DNA of 64,000 nucleotides from a virus. Where the stretch lies: positions 64,001 through 128,000 of IMG/VR virus record IMGVR_UViG_3300008266_000014; one strand, written 5' to 3'. The position numbers and the translations under genes were made by a program. The notes beneath the pieces are model-generated. The model saw nothing but the letters and a program-made list of their open reading frames with translations, was not told where the DNA came from and ran no database searches. Shown here piece by piece: positions 45,614-54,692 of this stretch (the stretch's first letter is position 1; each line of letters starts with the position of its first letter).

Positions 45614-48042
45614 TGAACGAAGATTTGCGTAACTGGTTCCGTGAGAAATGGGTTCGTATGGATACCAAAGGCAATATCAAAGGTGATTGTGCAAGAGAGG
45701 AAGGTGAAGGTAAACCCAAATGTCTTCCTCTTGCCAAAGCATCTAGTATGAGTAAAGAGAAACGTGCAGCAGCGGCAAGAAGAAAAAGAAGAGAAGATCC
45801 AGTTGCAGACAGACCAGGTAAAGGCGGCAAGCCAGTCAATGTTGCAACAGAAGAAGCAAGTACATCAGAGCTAATCAAAAAGAGTCATGAGAAACGAGGA
45901 GCTCCTGGTACACTGAAAGCAAAGATTAAAGGTCCAATCACTTTAGAGAAAGTAAGACAACTAAAGAACAGACCGAATGCAACCACACTAGATAAGAAAC
46001 AAGCTAACTTTTATATCAATATGCACACAGAAGAATATCTAGAAGAAAAGAATACACCAACCAATCCATCACTATGGAGCAAAGCAAAGTCACTTGCAAA
46101 ACAAAAGTTTGACGTGTATCCATCTGCATATGCAAATGGCTGGGCATCCAAATGGTACAAATCAAAAGGTGGTGGTTGGAAATCCGTACAAGAGGAAAGA
46201 CCAATGAAGACGTTAAGAGATATTACTGAAGGCGCAGATGAAGATCGTCCTTTCGAAATAGTTCATAAGAGTGGTAAAAGTATTGGACGATATAAAACCC
46301 TTAAAACTGCTCGTATGGTAGCAGATAAAAAAGATCTAGAATATGGAGCAATTGCTCATTCAGTAAGGAGAGTAAAACAAGATGATCAAAAGACTACTTC
46401 AGAAGGTGTTGTAGTTATGTCTGACTATAAACTAGACAAAAAAGGTCGTAAATACAAAGCTCACAGAAAAACAATAAGTCCTACGGCAATGGATGTCGCA
46501 AAAGGAATGAGGAAAGGTCCTCAATCAGAGCTTGGTGAGGCAGTCAACCCTTATCAAATTCAAGAAGAGGGTGACTATCCTCATGTAGGAACAGGTACAA
46601 GCAGAAGTATGCAGATGGCAAGAGATATCGCTACCAATAAAGCAAGATCATCGATGATGAAAGCAAAATATGGTGATGACGTATCTGGTAAAGAGATTCC
46701 TGCATATGATGAAGATAAACTAGATTTGAAGTCTGATGACAAAGGAAACTATGTTGCTACTGTAAAGATGCGTGAAAAGATTGCTGCTATGAAGGAAAGT
46801 ATCAATCCATATTACGAGGCTGTGAATATTCAGGGTCACAATATTAATGATGATGACTGGTATATTGTTCATAACAAAACCAAGAAGATAGTTAGTTCTG
46901 TTGGTGGAAAGAGTCATGTTGGAAAGCAAATATCATTCAATGCAGGATATTCCGGAAACAAAGCCAAGGTAGATGACGAGCACACTGCATATACAGGAAT
47001 GAAAGTAAAGAGTGTCATGGCAGAGGAAGTCGATCAAATTGACGAGGTTGGTAACACACCTGAAGGCAAAAAGACTCTCCAGGCATATATGTCAAGATCA
47101 ATAACCAATATGATGAAGAATCCAGAAAAAGGTTCGCAGAGAGAAAGAGGCATGCAAAGGGCAGCAGATCGTCTAGATAAAATTAGACAATCAGAAAGAA
47201 GTTCCAAACGTAAAGATACTATTATTAAAAAAGCTAAAGAAATTGATAATTTGATGTGGCAAAACGAAGAAGCTATTCAAGTTGATGAGATTTCCAAAAA
47301 GGCAGCTGCTTCATATATTTCCAAAGCAGCTAAAGATATTGCATATGATGCAAACTACGTTGGTTTTGTTGCTGGAAAGAAAACAAAAGGACATAATCCA
47401 ACTGAAGAATCTCCAAGAGAGTTAAAGCGTCATGCAGGTATTGCAAACGCATTAAAAAGACTTGTGAAGGAAGCAAGGATTGAGCAGGTTGATGAAATTA
47501 GCAAAAAGACTGTAAAGAGCTATCTTGAAAAGACTGTTGATCCTGTCTATGGTATTCCTAAAAGCAAGGAAAAGATTGCTCAAAGAATGCAAGGTATTTC
47601 CCGTGCTCATCAAAGAGTTGTAGGAAACAAACCTACAAGTGAAGAAGTAGAATTAGATGAGGCTTCTGATTACGCAATTGTAAGCACACACCACTTTCCA
47701 GATAAATCAATGGCTGTTAAAGTCAAAGACAAAGAATCGGGTAAGGAGTTTCATCATGTAGGTAGCCCTACACACTTGAATAACACACTGAAATCTAGAT
47801 ATAAAATTAACTATAGATTGGTGTGGGATGAAAGAAATGTCAAACCAGCAAATGAAGAGTTTGAACAAGTAGATGAGATCAGCAAAGCAACTGCCACAAG
47901 CTATGTAAGAAAGAAGCTATCTCAGATGGGTAAGCGTTCTGGTGATGCAACTCCAAAAGACTTTGAAAATCTTGCAAGAGCATATAAGCGTATGGGTGTT
48001 AGCGACAAAGCAATGAGAGAGAATGTGAATCAGATTGAAGAA
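44414..48042 (+). repeat. Dispersed coding repeat gaRcaRgtNgatgaR (EQVDE), about 7 copies plus degenerate ones
   Basis: Copies at about 44414, 44567, 44726, 47032, 47275, 47482, 47863; degenerate at about 44921, 47650, 48031. Confidence 0.8.
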
Positions 48043-48204
48043 GCATCGCTTGTCAAAGTATCTACAAATCCAGATGGATCAAGAACAGCTTCTGTTAAAA
48101 CTGACACCGGTAAAATTGTAAATCACACATTCAGAAAAGCGGCCTCTATCAATAAACTTTTGAAGAGACGATATAATATTTCAGGATCTATTCCAGAAAA
48201 CTAA
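45613..48204 (+). CDS. Polyprotein-like repeat protein 2 (putative internal head protein)
   Basis: Modules LRNWFREKWV..KPKCLP and PTNPSLWSKAK..YPSAYANGW..KGGGW; four (E/D/I)Q(V/I)DE repeats. Confidence 0.65.
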   Translation: MNEDLRNWFREKWVRMDTKGNIKGDCAREEGEGKPKCLPLAKASSMSKEKRAAAARRKRREDPVADRPGKGGKPVNVATEEASTSELIKKSHEKRGAPGTLKAKIKGPITLEKVRQLKNRPNATTLDKKQANFYINMHTEEYLEEKNTPTNPSLWSKAKSLAKQKFDVYPSAYANGWASKWYKSKGGGWKSVQEERPMKTLRDITEGADEDRPFEIVHKSGKSIGRYKTLKTARMVADKKDLEYGAIAHSVRRVKQDDQKTTSEGVVVMSDYKLDKKGRKYKAHRKTISPTAMDVAKGMRKGPQSELGEAVNPYQIQEEGDYPHVGTGTSRSMQMARDIATNKARSSMMKAKYGDDVSGKEIPAYDEDKLDLKSDDKGNYVATVKMREKIAAMKESINPYYEAVNIQGHNINDDDWYIVHNKTKKIVSSVGGKSHVGKQISFNAGYSGNKAKVDDEHTAYTGMKVKSVMAEEVDQIDEVGNTPEGKKTLQAYMSRSITNMMKNPEKGSQRERGMQRAADRLDKIRQSERSSKRKDTIIKKAKEIDNLMWQNEEAIQVDEISKKAAASYISKAAKDIAYDANYVGFVAGKKTKGHNPTEESPRELKRHAGIANALKRLVKEARIEQVDEISKKTVKSYLEKTVDPVYGIPKSKEKIAQRMQGISRAHQRVVGNKPTSEEVELDEASDYAIVSTHHFPDKSMAVKVKDKESGKEFHHVGSPTHLNNTLKSRYKINYRLVWDERNVKPANEEFEQVDEISKATATSYVRKKLSQMGKRSGDATPKDFENLARAYKRMGVSDKAMRENVNQIEEASLVKVSTNPDGSRTASVKTDTGKIVNHTFRKAASINKLLKRRYNISGSIPEN

Positions 48205-48205
48205 G

Positions 48206-48442
48206 ATGCCAATTATTCTTCAGAGCGATATTACCTTTAAAGAACCTCCGCAACCTCAAATTAGAGGAGGTGGTCAGGCTACTTCACTGCAATCACTTAG
48301 AGCAAGGTTAGAACCCAAAGTTGAAAAACCAAATGAGATCAAAAGAGAGTTCAAACCAAAGGTAAGAGACACGAATACCACCCTGATTCAATACAAAGAA
48401 TCTTCGTTTTTAAACGATATGCTGTCGAACAATAAAGAATAA
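48206..48442 (+). CDS. Hypothetical protein
   Basis: Compact packing. Confidence 0.5.
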   Translation: MPIILQSDITFKEPPQPQIRGGGQATSLQSLRARLEPKVEKPNEIKREFKPKVRDTNTTLIQYKESSFLNDMLSNNKE

Positions 48443-48475
48443 ATAATAAAACAAACCTAGTCAAGGAGTAAGAAA

Positions 48476-49333
48476 ATGCCATTATGGGGAAATCAAGACG
48501 CAGCCAGTAACTCAGTTATTTCTGCGCCTGCTCAATTTAAACAATCACCAAACACTGCAAATAGAGATGCTTTGTACGGTAATACTACACAAGATGCAGT
48601 AGTGGCTGGTCAGACAGTTGGTATGTACGCTGCTGATACCACAGAAATGAGTGTTGGATCAGGTCCAGTAGTTGATGCCGTGATTACTTTTGCTGGTTCT
48701 GGATATGGAGCAAATACAACTGTAGCATTCAGCTCCAATAACACAGGATCAAGTGCTGCTGCTAATGCTCAATCAAATGCTTCTGGTAGAATCACTGCTG
48801 TTAATCTAACAAACAATGGTTCTGGATATACTACATCACCAATTATCACGATTGCTGCTCCATCAGCTCAAACATTTGCTGGTAACACAACATCTGTTAC
48901 AGTTGGTAATACAACAAATACTGGTTGGATCACACTTGGAACCAACAGAGCATTTTTTGTTAACAACGACATCGTAACATACCTTGTTGCTGCAAGTAAT
49001 ACTGCTATTGGTGGTCTAACAAACAACACCACGTATGCTGTGCAAACAATTAACTCAACAGCTATTCAGTTGCTGGTTAGTGTTGGTGGTGCTTCTGTTA
49101 ACCTCTCTTCTGCTGAAACATCTGCGCAGGCTGGTCACTCAATTACTGGTGAAACAGCAACTGGTGCAGTTACTGTTGGTGGTGCAAAGAACAGAGGTAT
49201 CACTCACGCTGGATGGGTAATTAGAACTGAAGGTACTGGTAACCGTGCAGGACGTGTACAGTATGAAACATTGGTAGCTATGAGCTCCATCACTGGTGAT
49301 GGATCGGACGACAATCCACTACCTGACGCATAA
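48476..49333 (+). CDS. Virion structural protein (fibre/decoration-like)
   Basis: MPLWG N-terminus, Thr/Asn/Gly-rich, GSGY motifs, HAGWV..GRVQYETLVAM. Confidence 0.65.
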   Translation: MPLWGNQDAASNSVISAPAQFKQSPNTANRDALYGNTTQDAVVAGQTVGMYAADTTEMSVGSGPVVDAVITFAGSGYGANTTVAFSSNNTGSSAAANAQSNASGRITAVNLTNNGSGYTTSPIITIAAPSAQTFAGNTTSVTVGNTTNTGWITLGTNRAFFVNNDIVTYLVAASNTAIGGLTNNTTYAVQTINSTAIQLLVSVGGASVNLSSAETSAQAGHSITGETATGAVTVGGAKNRGITHAGWVIRTEGTGNRAGRVQYETLVAMSSITGDGSDDNPLPDA

Positions 49334-49617
49334 TGAGTGATCGTGCTAAAAAGATCACGGAGCTGTCTGCCCTGACAGCTCCGGCTGGTGATGACTTACT
49401 CGTTATTGTTGACGATGTTGCTGGAACTGCAACAACTAAGAAAGTAACTGTTGCTAACCTCTTTGGTAACAGTTCTGCTAATGTTGTGATTTTTAATGCA
49501 ACACCTGCAAATAGCACGATAACAGTCAAAAAAGGTACATTGTTATTTGATAACAACTACATATACATTGCAACATCAAACAACAACTTGAAAAGGGTGT
49601 CCTTGAGTTCTTTCTAA
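49333..49617 (+). CDS. Small virion protein
   Basis: KKITELSAL...DDLLVIVD..TKKVT, D.NYIYIAT fibre-type motifs. Confidence 0.6.
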   Translation: MSDRAKKITELSALTAPAGDDLLVIVDDVAGTATTKKVTVANLFGNSSANVVIFNATPANSTITVKKGTLLFDNNYIYIATSNNNLKRVSLSSF

Positions 49618-49618
49618 T

Positions 49619-50014
49619 ATGCCTATTGATGATTTGAATGAAGCTAATGCATTAGTTTATGCAGCAAAACATTATGACAATCCACACTTCTTTGATACCG
49701 TAGAGTTCTACGAAGATCTTAGTAGGTTTAAATATCTGAAGAAGCTTTTTGGAAGATATGAGGAGACAGGCGAGATCAATGAAAGACTGGTACTCAACCA
49801 CCTCACTGTGATATACAATGTATTTGGTGTAGAAGCAGCAACAAAGCTGCTGTTCTTAAAAATGGATAATTACGGCTCATATTTGAAGCCGTTTTTATTG
49901 CTTCTAAATTATCTACCAGAGGTCATCTTTGGTGTCCAAGGAAAAAACATAAACACTTCTGATATCATCATGGATCAGAATATAGTAGAGAAGCTGAGAA
50001 AAATAAATGAGTGA
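49619..50014 (+). CDS. Conserved T4-like hypothetical protein
   Basis: YAAKHYDNP, EFYEDL.RFKY, ERLVLNH. Confidence 0.75.
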   Translation: MPIDDLNEANALVYAAKHYDNPHFFDTVEFYEDLSRFKYLKKLFGRYEETGEINERLVLNHLTVIYNVFGVEAATKLLFLKMDNYGSYLKPFLLLLNYLPEVIFGVQGKNINTSDIIMDQNIVEKLRKINE

Positions 50015-50534
50015 TCCAACGATTCCATCGTACATCAAGAATGTTCCCTCCATGTCACAAAATCCTCTTGTTGATATGTTTCTCACCTACCAGCTCTTAA
50101 AAAGAATCAATACACCTTTCGAACAATGGCCAGCATACAGACTAGGAATCATTGACAAGAAAGGAAAAGTATTAAAGAAAAAGTCTTCATTGAAGACAGA
50201 CAAAGAAAAGGCAGCATGGGGATATTTTGACATTGTTGCTACCAACCTCAAAAAGATTATCGCAAAAGCTCCTGGTGGTTCTTCTCAGGCAGGAACAATG
50301 GTTGCGTCCTATCTGCTAATGAAAGAATCGAGAGACTACAACCTCAACGAAGAGCAAGTATCAAGCCTTTGCGAGAATGTTTTTGGTATTGCGAGTATGA
50401 ATGCAGGGGATGCTTCTGGTGCTGGAGTAACACCTGTAAATAATATTGGGCAGGGAAATGTCAAGCTGTTTGATCCCTTGCTACCTAGAATGAAAAAGAT
50501 ATTGAGAAGAAAGAAACCAAATGTGGATACTTAA
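50007..50534 (+). CDS. Conserved T4-like hypothetical protein
   Basis: TPFEQWPAYRLGIIDKKG, NLKKII. Confidence 0.7.
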   Translation: MSDPTIPSYIKNVPSMSQNPLVDMFLTYQLLKRINTPFEQWPAYRLGIIDKKGKVLKKKSSLKTDKEKAAWGYFDIVATNLKKIIAKAPGGSSQAGTMVASYLLMKESRDYNLNEEQVSSLCENVFGIASMNAGDASGAGVTPVNNIGQGNVKLFDPLLPRMKKILRRKKPNVDT

Positions 50535-50952
50535 CTTTTTACCTGACTGGTTTTTTCATGCGTTGTTGGTTCTGGGTGTTGCAGGATACACATCAACATT
50601 CCTTTTAAGATTCCTTCCTTCGTTTGTTTACGTCTACAAACTTCCAATTCAACTTGTTTCCATTGCGCTGATTGCTGTCAGTGTTTATATGTTTGGTGCC
50701 TTTGCAGAAAAGGCTGCATGGGAAGCCAGAGTAAAAGAAATGGAAGCTAAAGTCAAAATTGCTGAAGAAAAAGCAAAAGAAGAGAATATTAAGATTGTGA
50801 CCAAGCTCGTCACGAAGACGAAGGTTATTAGAGAGAAGGCTAAGGAAAGAGTAGCGTACATTGATAGGGAAATTGTGAAATTTGATAATAAGTGTGAGAT
50901 TCCGAAAGAATTTGTGAAAGTGGTAAATGATGCAGTGGAGCCACCAAAATGA
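50521..50952 (+). CDS. Putative inner-membrane spanin (Rz-like)
   Basis: TM helices, coiled coil, C-terminal C.IP; followed by a lipoprotein. Confidence 0.6.
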   Translation: MWILNFLPDWFFHALLVLGVAGYTSTFLLRFLPSFVYVYKLPIQLVSIALIAVSVYMFGAFAEKAAWEARVKEMEAKVKIAEEKAKEENIKIVTKLVTKTKVIREKAKERVAYIDREIVKFDNKCEIPKEFVKVVNDAVEPPK

Positions 50953-51206
50953 AATACTTAATTCCTTTAGTTTTACTATGTGGGTGTTCAACAACAGTTC
51001 CAGTTAAGGCAAAGTTCCCTGACGCTCCGGAACCTCTAATGGAAAAGTGTATACCTTTAATTAAACTTCAAGATGAAGCCAAACTAAGTGATGTCGCTAA
51101 GAATATGTCATATAACTATTCACTGTATCATGAGTGTTCAGTAAAGGTGGAAGCATGGCAGGAATGGTATACGAGCCAGAAGAAGATCTTTGATGAGGTC
51201 AAGTAA
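50949..51206 (+). CDS. Putative outer-membrane spanin (Rz1-like lipoprotein)
   Basis: Lipobox LCGC, Pro-rich FPDAPEPLMEKC, YHEC. Confidence 0.7.
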   Translation: MKYLIPLVLLCGCSTTVPVKAKFPDAPEPLMEKCIPLIKLQDEAKLSDVAKNMSYNYSLYHECSVKVEAWQEWYTSQKKIFDEVK

Positions 51207-52513
51207 TGGCTCAGTTCAGAACTGATCAAAACAAATTAGACTTTTCAAATAACAAAACACGATATGAAGTGTTCATGTTATCTGATAGGTTGACTCCATC
51301 TGGTAATCTTACAGATGCATTTGGTCGCCTAAGAATATCTCAACCCTTCACTCTTTTTGATAGCAGCCACAGATTTGCTGATAATGGACTCTGGTCAACT
51401 TCCAATACAGCTGGCGGCACATATGCTTTCGTCACTAATCAATCAACAATTGATATGACTGTCAATACAACAGCAGATGCTGAAGTAATAAGAGAAACGA
51501 CTAAAGTATTCTCATACCAGCCTGGTAAGTCTTTGTTAGTTATGAACACGTTTGCAATGAGTACCCCTAAGGCTAATTTAAGGCAGCGGGTTGGTTATTT
51601 TGGTGCACAGAATGGTGTATATTTAGAAAACGATGGTACGACGAATTATCTAGTACTTAGAAGTTACACGACAGGGGCGGTTGTTGAGACCCGTGCAGCA
51701 CAGACAAACTGGAACATCGATAAATTTGATGGTACTGGCTATTCAGGTCAAGGATCAGAACAAGCTCATACAACAGGCCTTGATGTTTCAAAAACTAACA
51801 TTCTTTGGTTTGATATAGAGTGGCTAGGCGTTGGTGATGTTAGATGTGGTTTCGTGGTTGATGGAAGATTCGTTACTGCCCATGTGTTTCATAACGATAA
51901 CAGGAACACAATTCCTTATATGACTACAGCATCGTTACCTTTGAGATATGAGATAAAGAACACAGGAACTACTGCCAGCTCAAGTACTCTGAAACAAATA
52001 TGTTCTACTGTAATTTCTGAAGGTGGATATGAATTGAGAGGCGCTCAACAAGGTGTAGGAAATGTAGTGACATCACCTGTTGATATTACCACTGCAGGAA
52101 CATATTACACACTTATTTCTCTCAGATTGAAATCAGCTCGTCTTGATGCAATAGCAGTTCTGACCGCTATATCTCTTTTAGCTGTTACAAATAACGCTGT
52201 GGTGAATTGGCAGATGAGATCTAATGGAACAACAACAGGAGGAACCTGGGTTAGTGCAGGTGCTGATTCTTCGGTTGAGTATAAATTAGATGGCGGAACT
52301 ATTACTGGAGGTCGTATCTTAGCACAAGGATACACCACAGCATCAACCCAAAGCTCCATTCCAGTAGATATTCTTAGAGAAGCACTTTTCAAGTTTCAAA
52401 TGGAAAGAAATGGATTAACTAATACTCCATTCGAATTGACATTATGTGCAACCAGTGATGTTAACGGTACGGATGTACATGCAGCATTGGACTGGGAAGA
52501 GATAACAAGATAA
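51206..52513 (+). CDS. Probable virion protein
   Basis: DAFGRLR.SQP.TLFDS, YQPGKS, DIEWLGVG; beta- and Thr-rich. Confidence 0.55.
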   Translation: MAQFRTDQNKLDFSNNKTRYEVFMLSDRLTPSGNLTDAFGRLRISQPFTLFDSSHRFADNGLWSTSNTAGGTYAFVTNQSTIDMTVNTTADAEVIRETTKVFSYQPGKSLLVMNTFAMSTPKANLRQRVGYFGAQNGVYLENDGTTNYLVLRSYTTGAVVETRAAQTNWNIDKFDGTGYSGQGSEQAHTTGLDVSKTNILWFDIEWLGVGDVRCGFVVDGRFVTAHVFHNDNRNTIPYMTTASLPLRYEIKNTGTTASSSTLKQICSTVISEGGYELRGAQQGVGNVVTSPVDITTAGTYYTLISLRLKSARLDAIAVLTAISLLAVTNNAVVNWQMRSNGTTTGGTWVSAGADSSVEYKLDGGTITGGRILAQGYTTASTQSSIPVDILREALFKFQMERNGLTNTPFELTLCATSDVNGTDVHAALDWEEITR

Positions 52514-52524
52514 ATATTTTTCTA

Positions 52525-52618
52525 ATACACACCTTAGGACCGTTAATCTTTAAGAGTGTATAGGGAGGCCCCTGCCTACTACATCTGCATTACAATTGCA
52601 GAGGACATAAGTGGGGCA
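52525..52618 (+). ncRNA. Candidate structured RNA upstream of the endolysin
   Basis: atacac/gtgtat, tagg/ccta, tctgca/tgcaga stems; gcccc/ggggc pseudoknot. Confidence 0.45.
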
Positions 52619-52649
52619 ACACCAATAACTATAATTAAAAAGGTGAAAC

Positions 52650-53303
52650 ATGAAGGTAACGAAACAACAATTGAAAGAATTGCTCCCTAAAAATCCTTAC
52701 GTGGATTACTGGTATGACACTCTGTTCGGCCCACAACATGAACTTGGTGGCTCGACCCTTTTGGACGAATACGACATCAACACCCCGAAGCGAGTTGCTG
52801 CTTTTATTGCACAGTGCGCGCACGAATCTGGTGGATTCATGGTTTTGAAAGAGAATCTGAACTACAAAGCTCCTTCTCTTCGTAAACTATTCTCAAAGTA
52901 CTTTCCTACGGATGCGCTTGCAGAGCAGTATGCTTCGAGACCAAACAGACAAGAAGCAATTGCAAATAGAATCTACGCAAGCCGCATGGGCAACGGTGAT
53001 GAGGCTAGCGGGGATGGGTTTAGATACTGCGGACGTGGATTAATTCAGCTGACTGGTAAATCTAACTATCAAAACTTTGCAGATAGTCTTGAAATGAGAG
53101 TTGAGGATGTTCCAGCCTATCTAGCCACGTTTGAAGGTGCTGCACAGTCTGCATGCTGGTTCTGGGAAACAAATAAACTAAACAGATTTGCTGATGCAGG
53201 AGACATCAAGGGTCTAACAAAGGCGATTAACGGTGGTTTCATCGGTCTTGAAGATAGAATCAAGCATTATGAGCATGCACTTCATGTAATAGGAGCTCAC
53301 TGA
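52650..53303 (+). CDS. GH19 endolysin
   Basis: AAFIAQCAHESGGF, ENLNY, GRGLIQLTGK.NY, INGG.IGLEDR. Confidence 0.93.
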   Translation: MKVTKQQLKELLPKNPYVDYWYDTLFGPQHELGGSTLLDEYDINTPKRVAAFIAQCAHESGGFMVLKENLNYKAPSLRKLFSKYFPTDALAEQYASRPNRQEAIANRIYASRMGNGDEASGDGFRYCGRGLIQLTGKSNYQNFADSLEMRVEDVPAYLATFEGAAQSACWFWETNKLNRFADAGDIKGLTKAINGGFIGLEDRIKHYEHALHVIGAH

Positions 53304-53533
53304 TGAAATATCTACCCCTAATAATGCTTGTAGCGTTGATGGGATGTGAAGAGCGCTATAGATATCCATGTCAAGATCCAAGTAACTGGCAAGAAGAGCA
53401 ATGCAAGAAACCAATTTGCAGTGCAAATGGAACTTGCCCAGAAGATCTTACCCCATATGAAAAAGAAAAGGTTGGAGGCACAACTGGAAATCCAAATCTA
53501 CAGCCTGCACCTAGTAAAGGAGATTGTAAATGA
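53303..53533 (+). CDS. Small Cys-rich lipoprotein
   Basis: Lipobox LMGC; RYRYPCQDP.NW...C..P.C...GTC. Confidence 0.7.
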   Translation: MKYLPLIMLVALMGCEERYRYPCQDPSNWQEEQCKKPICSANGTCPEDLTPYEKEKVGGTTGNPNLQPAPSKGDCK

Positions 53534-53967
53534 TTAAGCAACTATGGTCTGAAGATAAGTACACTACAGAAGAACTAAATGCGAGACTAAAGTTCTTCAT
53601 TGGAATTATTCTTGGCTTAACACTTTTTGGTATTGTATTCGTTGTTCTTTACAGCTTGATTTTTGTAACTCAGCCAATGAATGGAATGAGTCCTGTTGAT
53701 AATAAGTTCTTTGAGCTAATTATTCCTGTTGCAACATTCCTAACTGGTACCCTATCTGGAATCATGCTAGCAGGAGATGATAAGGATTTGAGAGCAAAGG
53801 CGCTGGAAGCAGCTAACAAGCCACCTCCTCCTTCTGCACCACCACCAGCACCAGTTCCAGTAACAAGAACATTTACTGAAACAACTTATGCAGGTGCACC
53901 TCCATCAATTACAACTGGGTTTGGTGGCAAAGCAGCTCCTCCTCCTGCACCTGAGCCAGAACTATGA
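53530..53967 (+). CDS. Two-TM membrane protein with Pro-rich tail (holin-like)
   Basis: Two TM helices; lysis cassette context. Confidence 0.55.
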   Translation: MIKQLWSEDKYTTEELNARLKFFIGIILGLTLFGIVFVVLYSLIFVTQPMNGMSPVDNKFFELIIPVATFLTGTLSGIMLAGDDKDLRAKALEAANKPPPPSAPPPAPVPVTRTFTETTYAGAPPSITTGFGGKAAPPPAPEPEL

Positions 53968-54191
53968 TAGCATTTATCTCAAAGATGCTTGCTGGTGAGG
54001 GAGAGAACAACCCAAGCAGTAAGAGAGTAATTACATTTCTTGCATTCCTGCTTTTAGCAGCTGGATATATAGCAGAGATGTTCTTTGAGAAGAAAGTTAA
54101 TCCCCATACCTTCGATACAATAATGTATATTGTTATTGGTGGTTTGGGGTTTACTGCTTCAGAAAAATTCACTAACAAGGAAAAGAAATGA
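53964..54191 (+). CDS. Two-TM holin-like protein
   Basis: SSKRV, two TM helices, basic C-terminus. Confidence 0.55.
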   Translation: MIAFISKMLAGEGENNPSSKRVITFLAFLLLAAGYIAEMFFEKKVNPHTFDTIMYIVIGGLGFTASEKFTNKEKK

Positions 54192-54391
54192 AAAAGGAAA
54201 TTGTATTTGCATCTATGATTCTATTTCTTCTTTTTGCTCCACTATCCAAGGCAGCTTTTGCTGGAGGTGAGATGAAAGAAGTCTGCCGTAAGGAAACGAA
54301 GAACGGTAAAGAGGTTGAAGTGTGCAAGAAGATCAAAGTACACAAGAAACTAGAAGGCACAGCTGTTCCAGAGAAAGCACCAAAGAAGTAA
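54188..54391 (+). CDS. Small secreted protein
   Basis: Signal peptide; C..C pair, KVHKKLEGT. Confidence 0.55.
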   Translation: MKKEIVFASMILFLLFAPLSKAAFAGGEMKEVCRKETKNGKEVEVCKKIKVHKKLEGTAVPEKAPKK

Positions 54392-54643
54392 ATGTCAATG
54401 GAACTATTCGATACTCAATCAAGGATCGCTATTTTGGAACACGAAGTAAAAAACGTCTCTGAAATGATGAAAGAGCTTCGTAAGGAGCAGAAAGAGCAAC
54501 ACGAAGCAATGATGAAAAGAATCGATTCTATTGACCATAGAATTGCAGTTCTTGAAAAATGGCGGTTCATGTTGATTGGTGGCTCGCTCGTGATTGGCTA
54601 CCTAGTAGCTCAGCTTGTTCAGCTTGCAAAGGTCCTTAGTTGA
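54392..54643 (+). CDS. Coiled-coil protein with C-terminal TM (XhlA-like)
   Basis: RIAVLEKWR..LIGG. Confidence 0.6.
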   Translation: MSMELFDTQSRIAILEHEVKNVSEMMKELRKEQKEQHEAMMKRIDSIDHRIAVLEKWRFMLIGGSLVIGYLVAQLVQLAKVLS

Positions 54644-54668
54644 CGTTGTAAGTAACTCTACATATAAT
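54640..54668 (+). promoter_or_regulatory. sigma70-type promoter for primase
   Basis: TTGACG-N17-TATAAT. Confidence 0.8.
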
Positions 54669-54692
54669 TCTCCTGCTATCTGAGGAGAGTTT

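Noticed and set aside
44414-47877. CRISPR array or DGR-like repeats
   Set aside because: The repeats are short, vary at synonymous positions, are in frame and irregularly spaced. There is no cas or reverse transcriptase gene; they are protein-level repeats.
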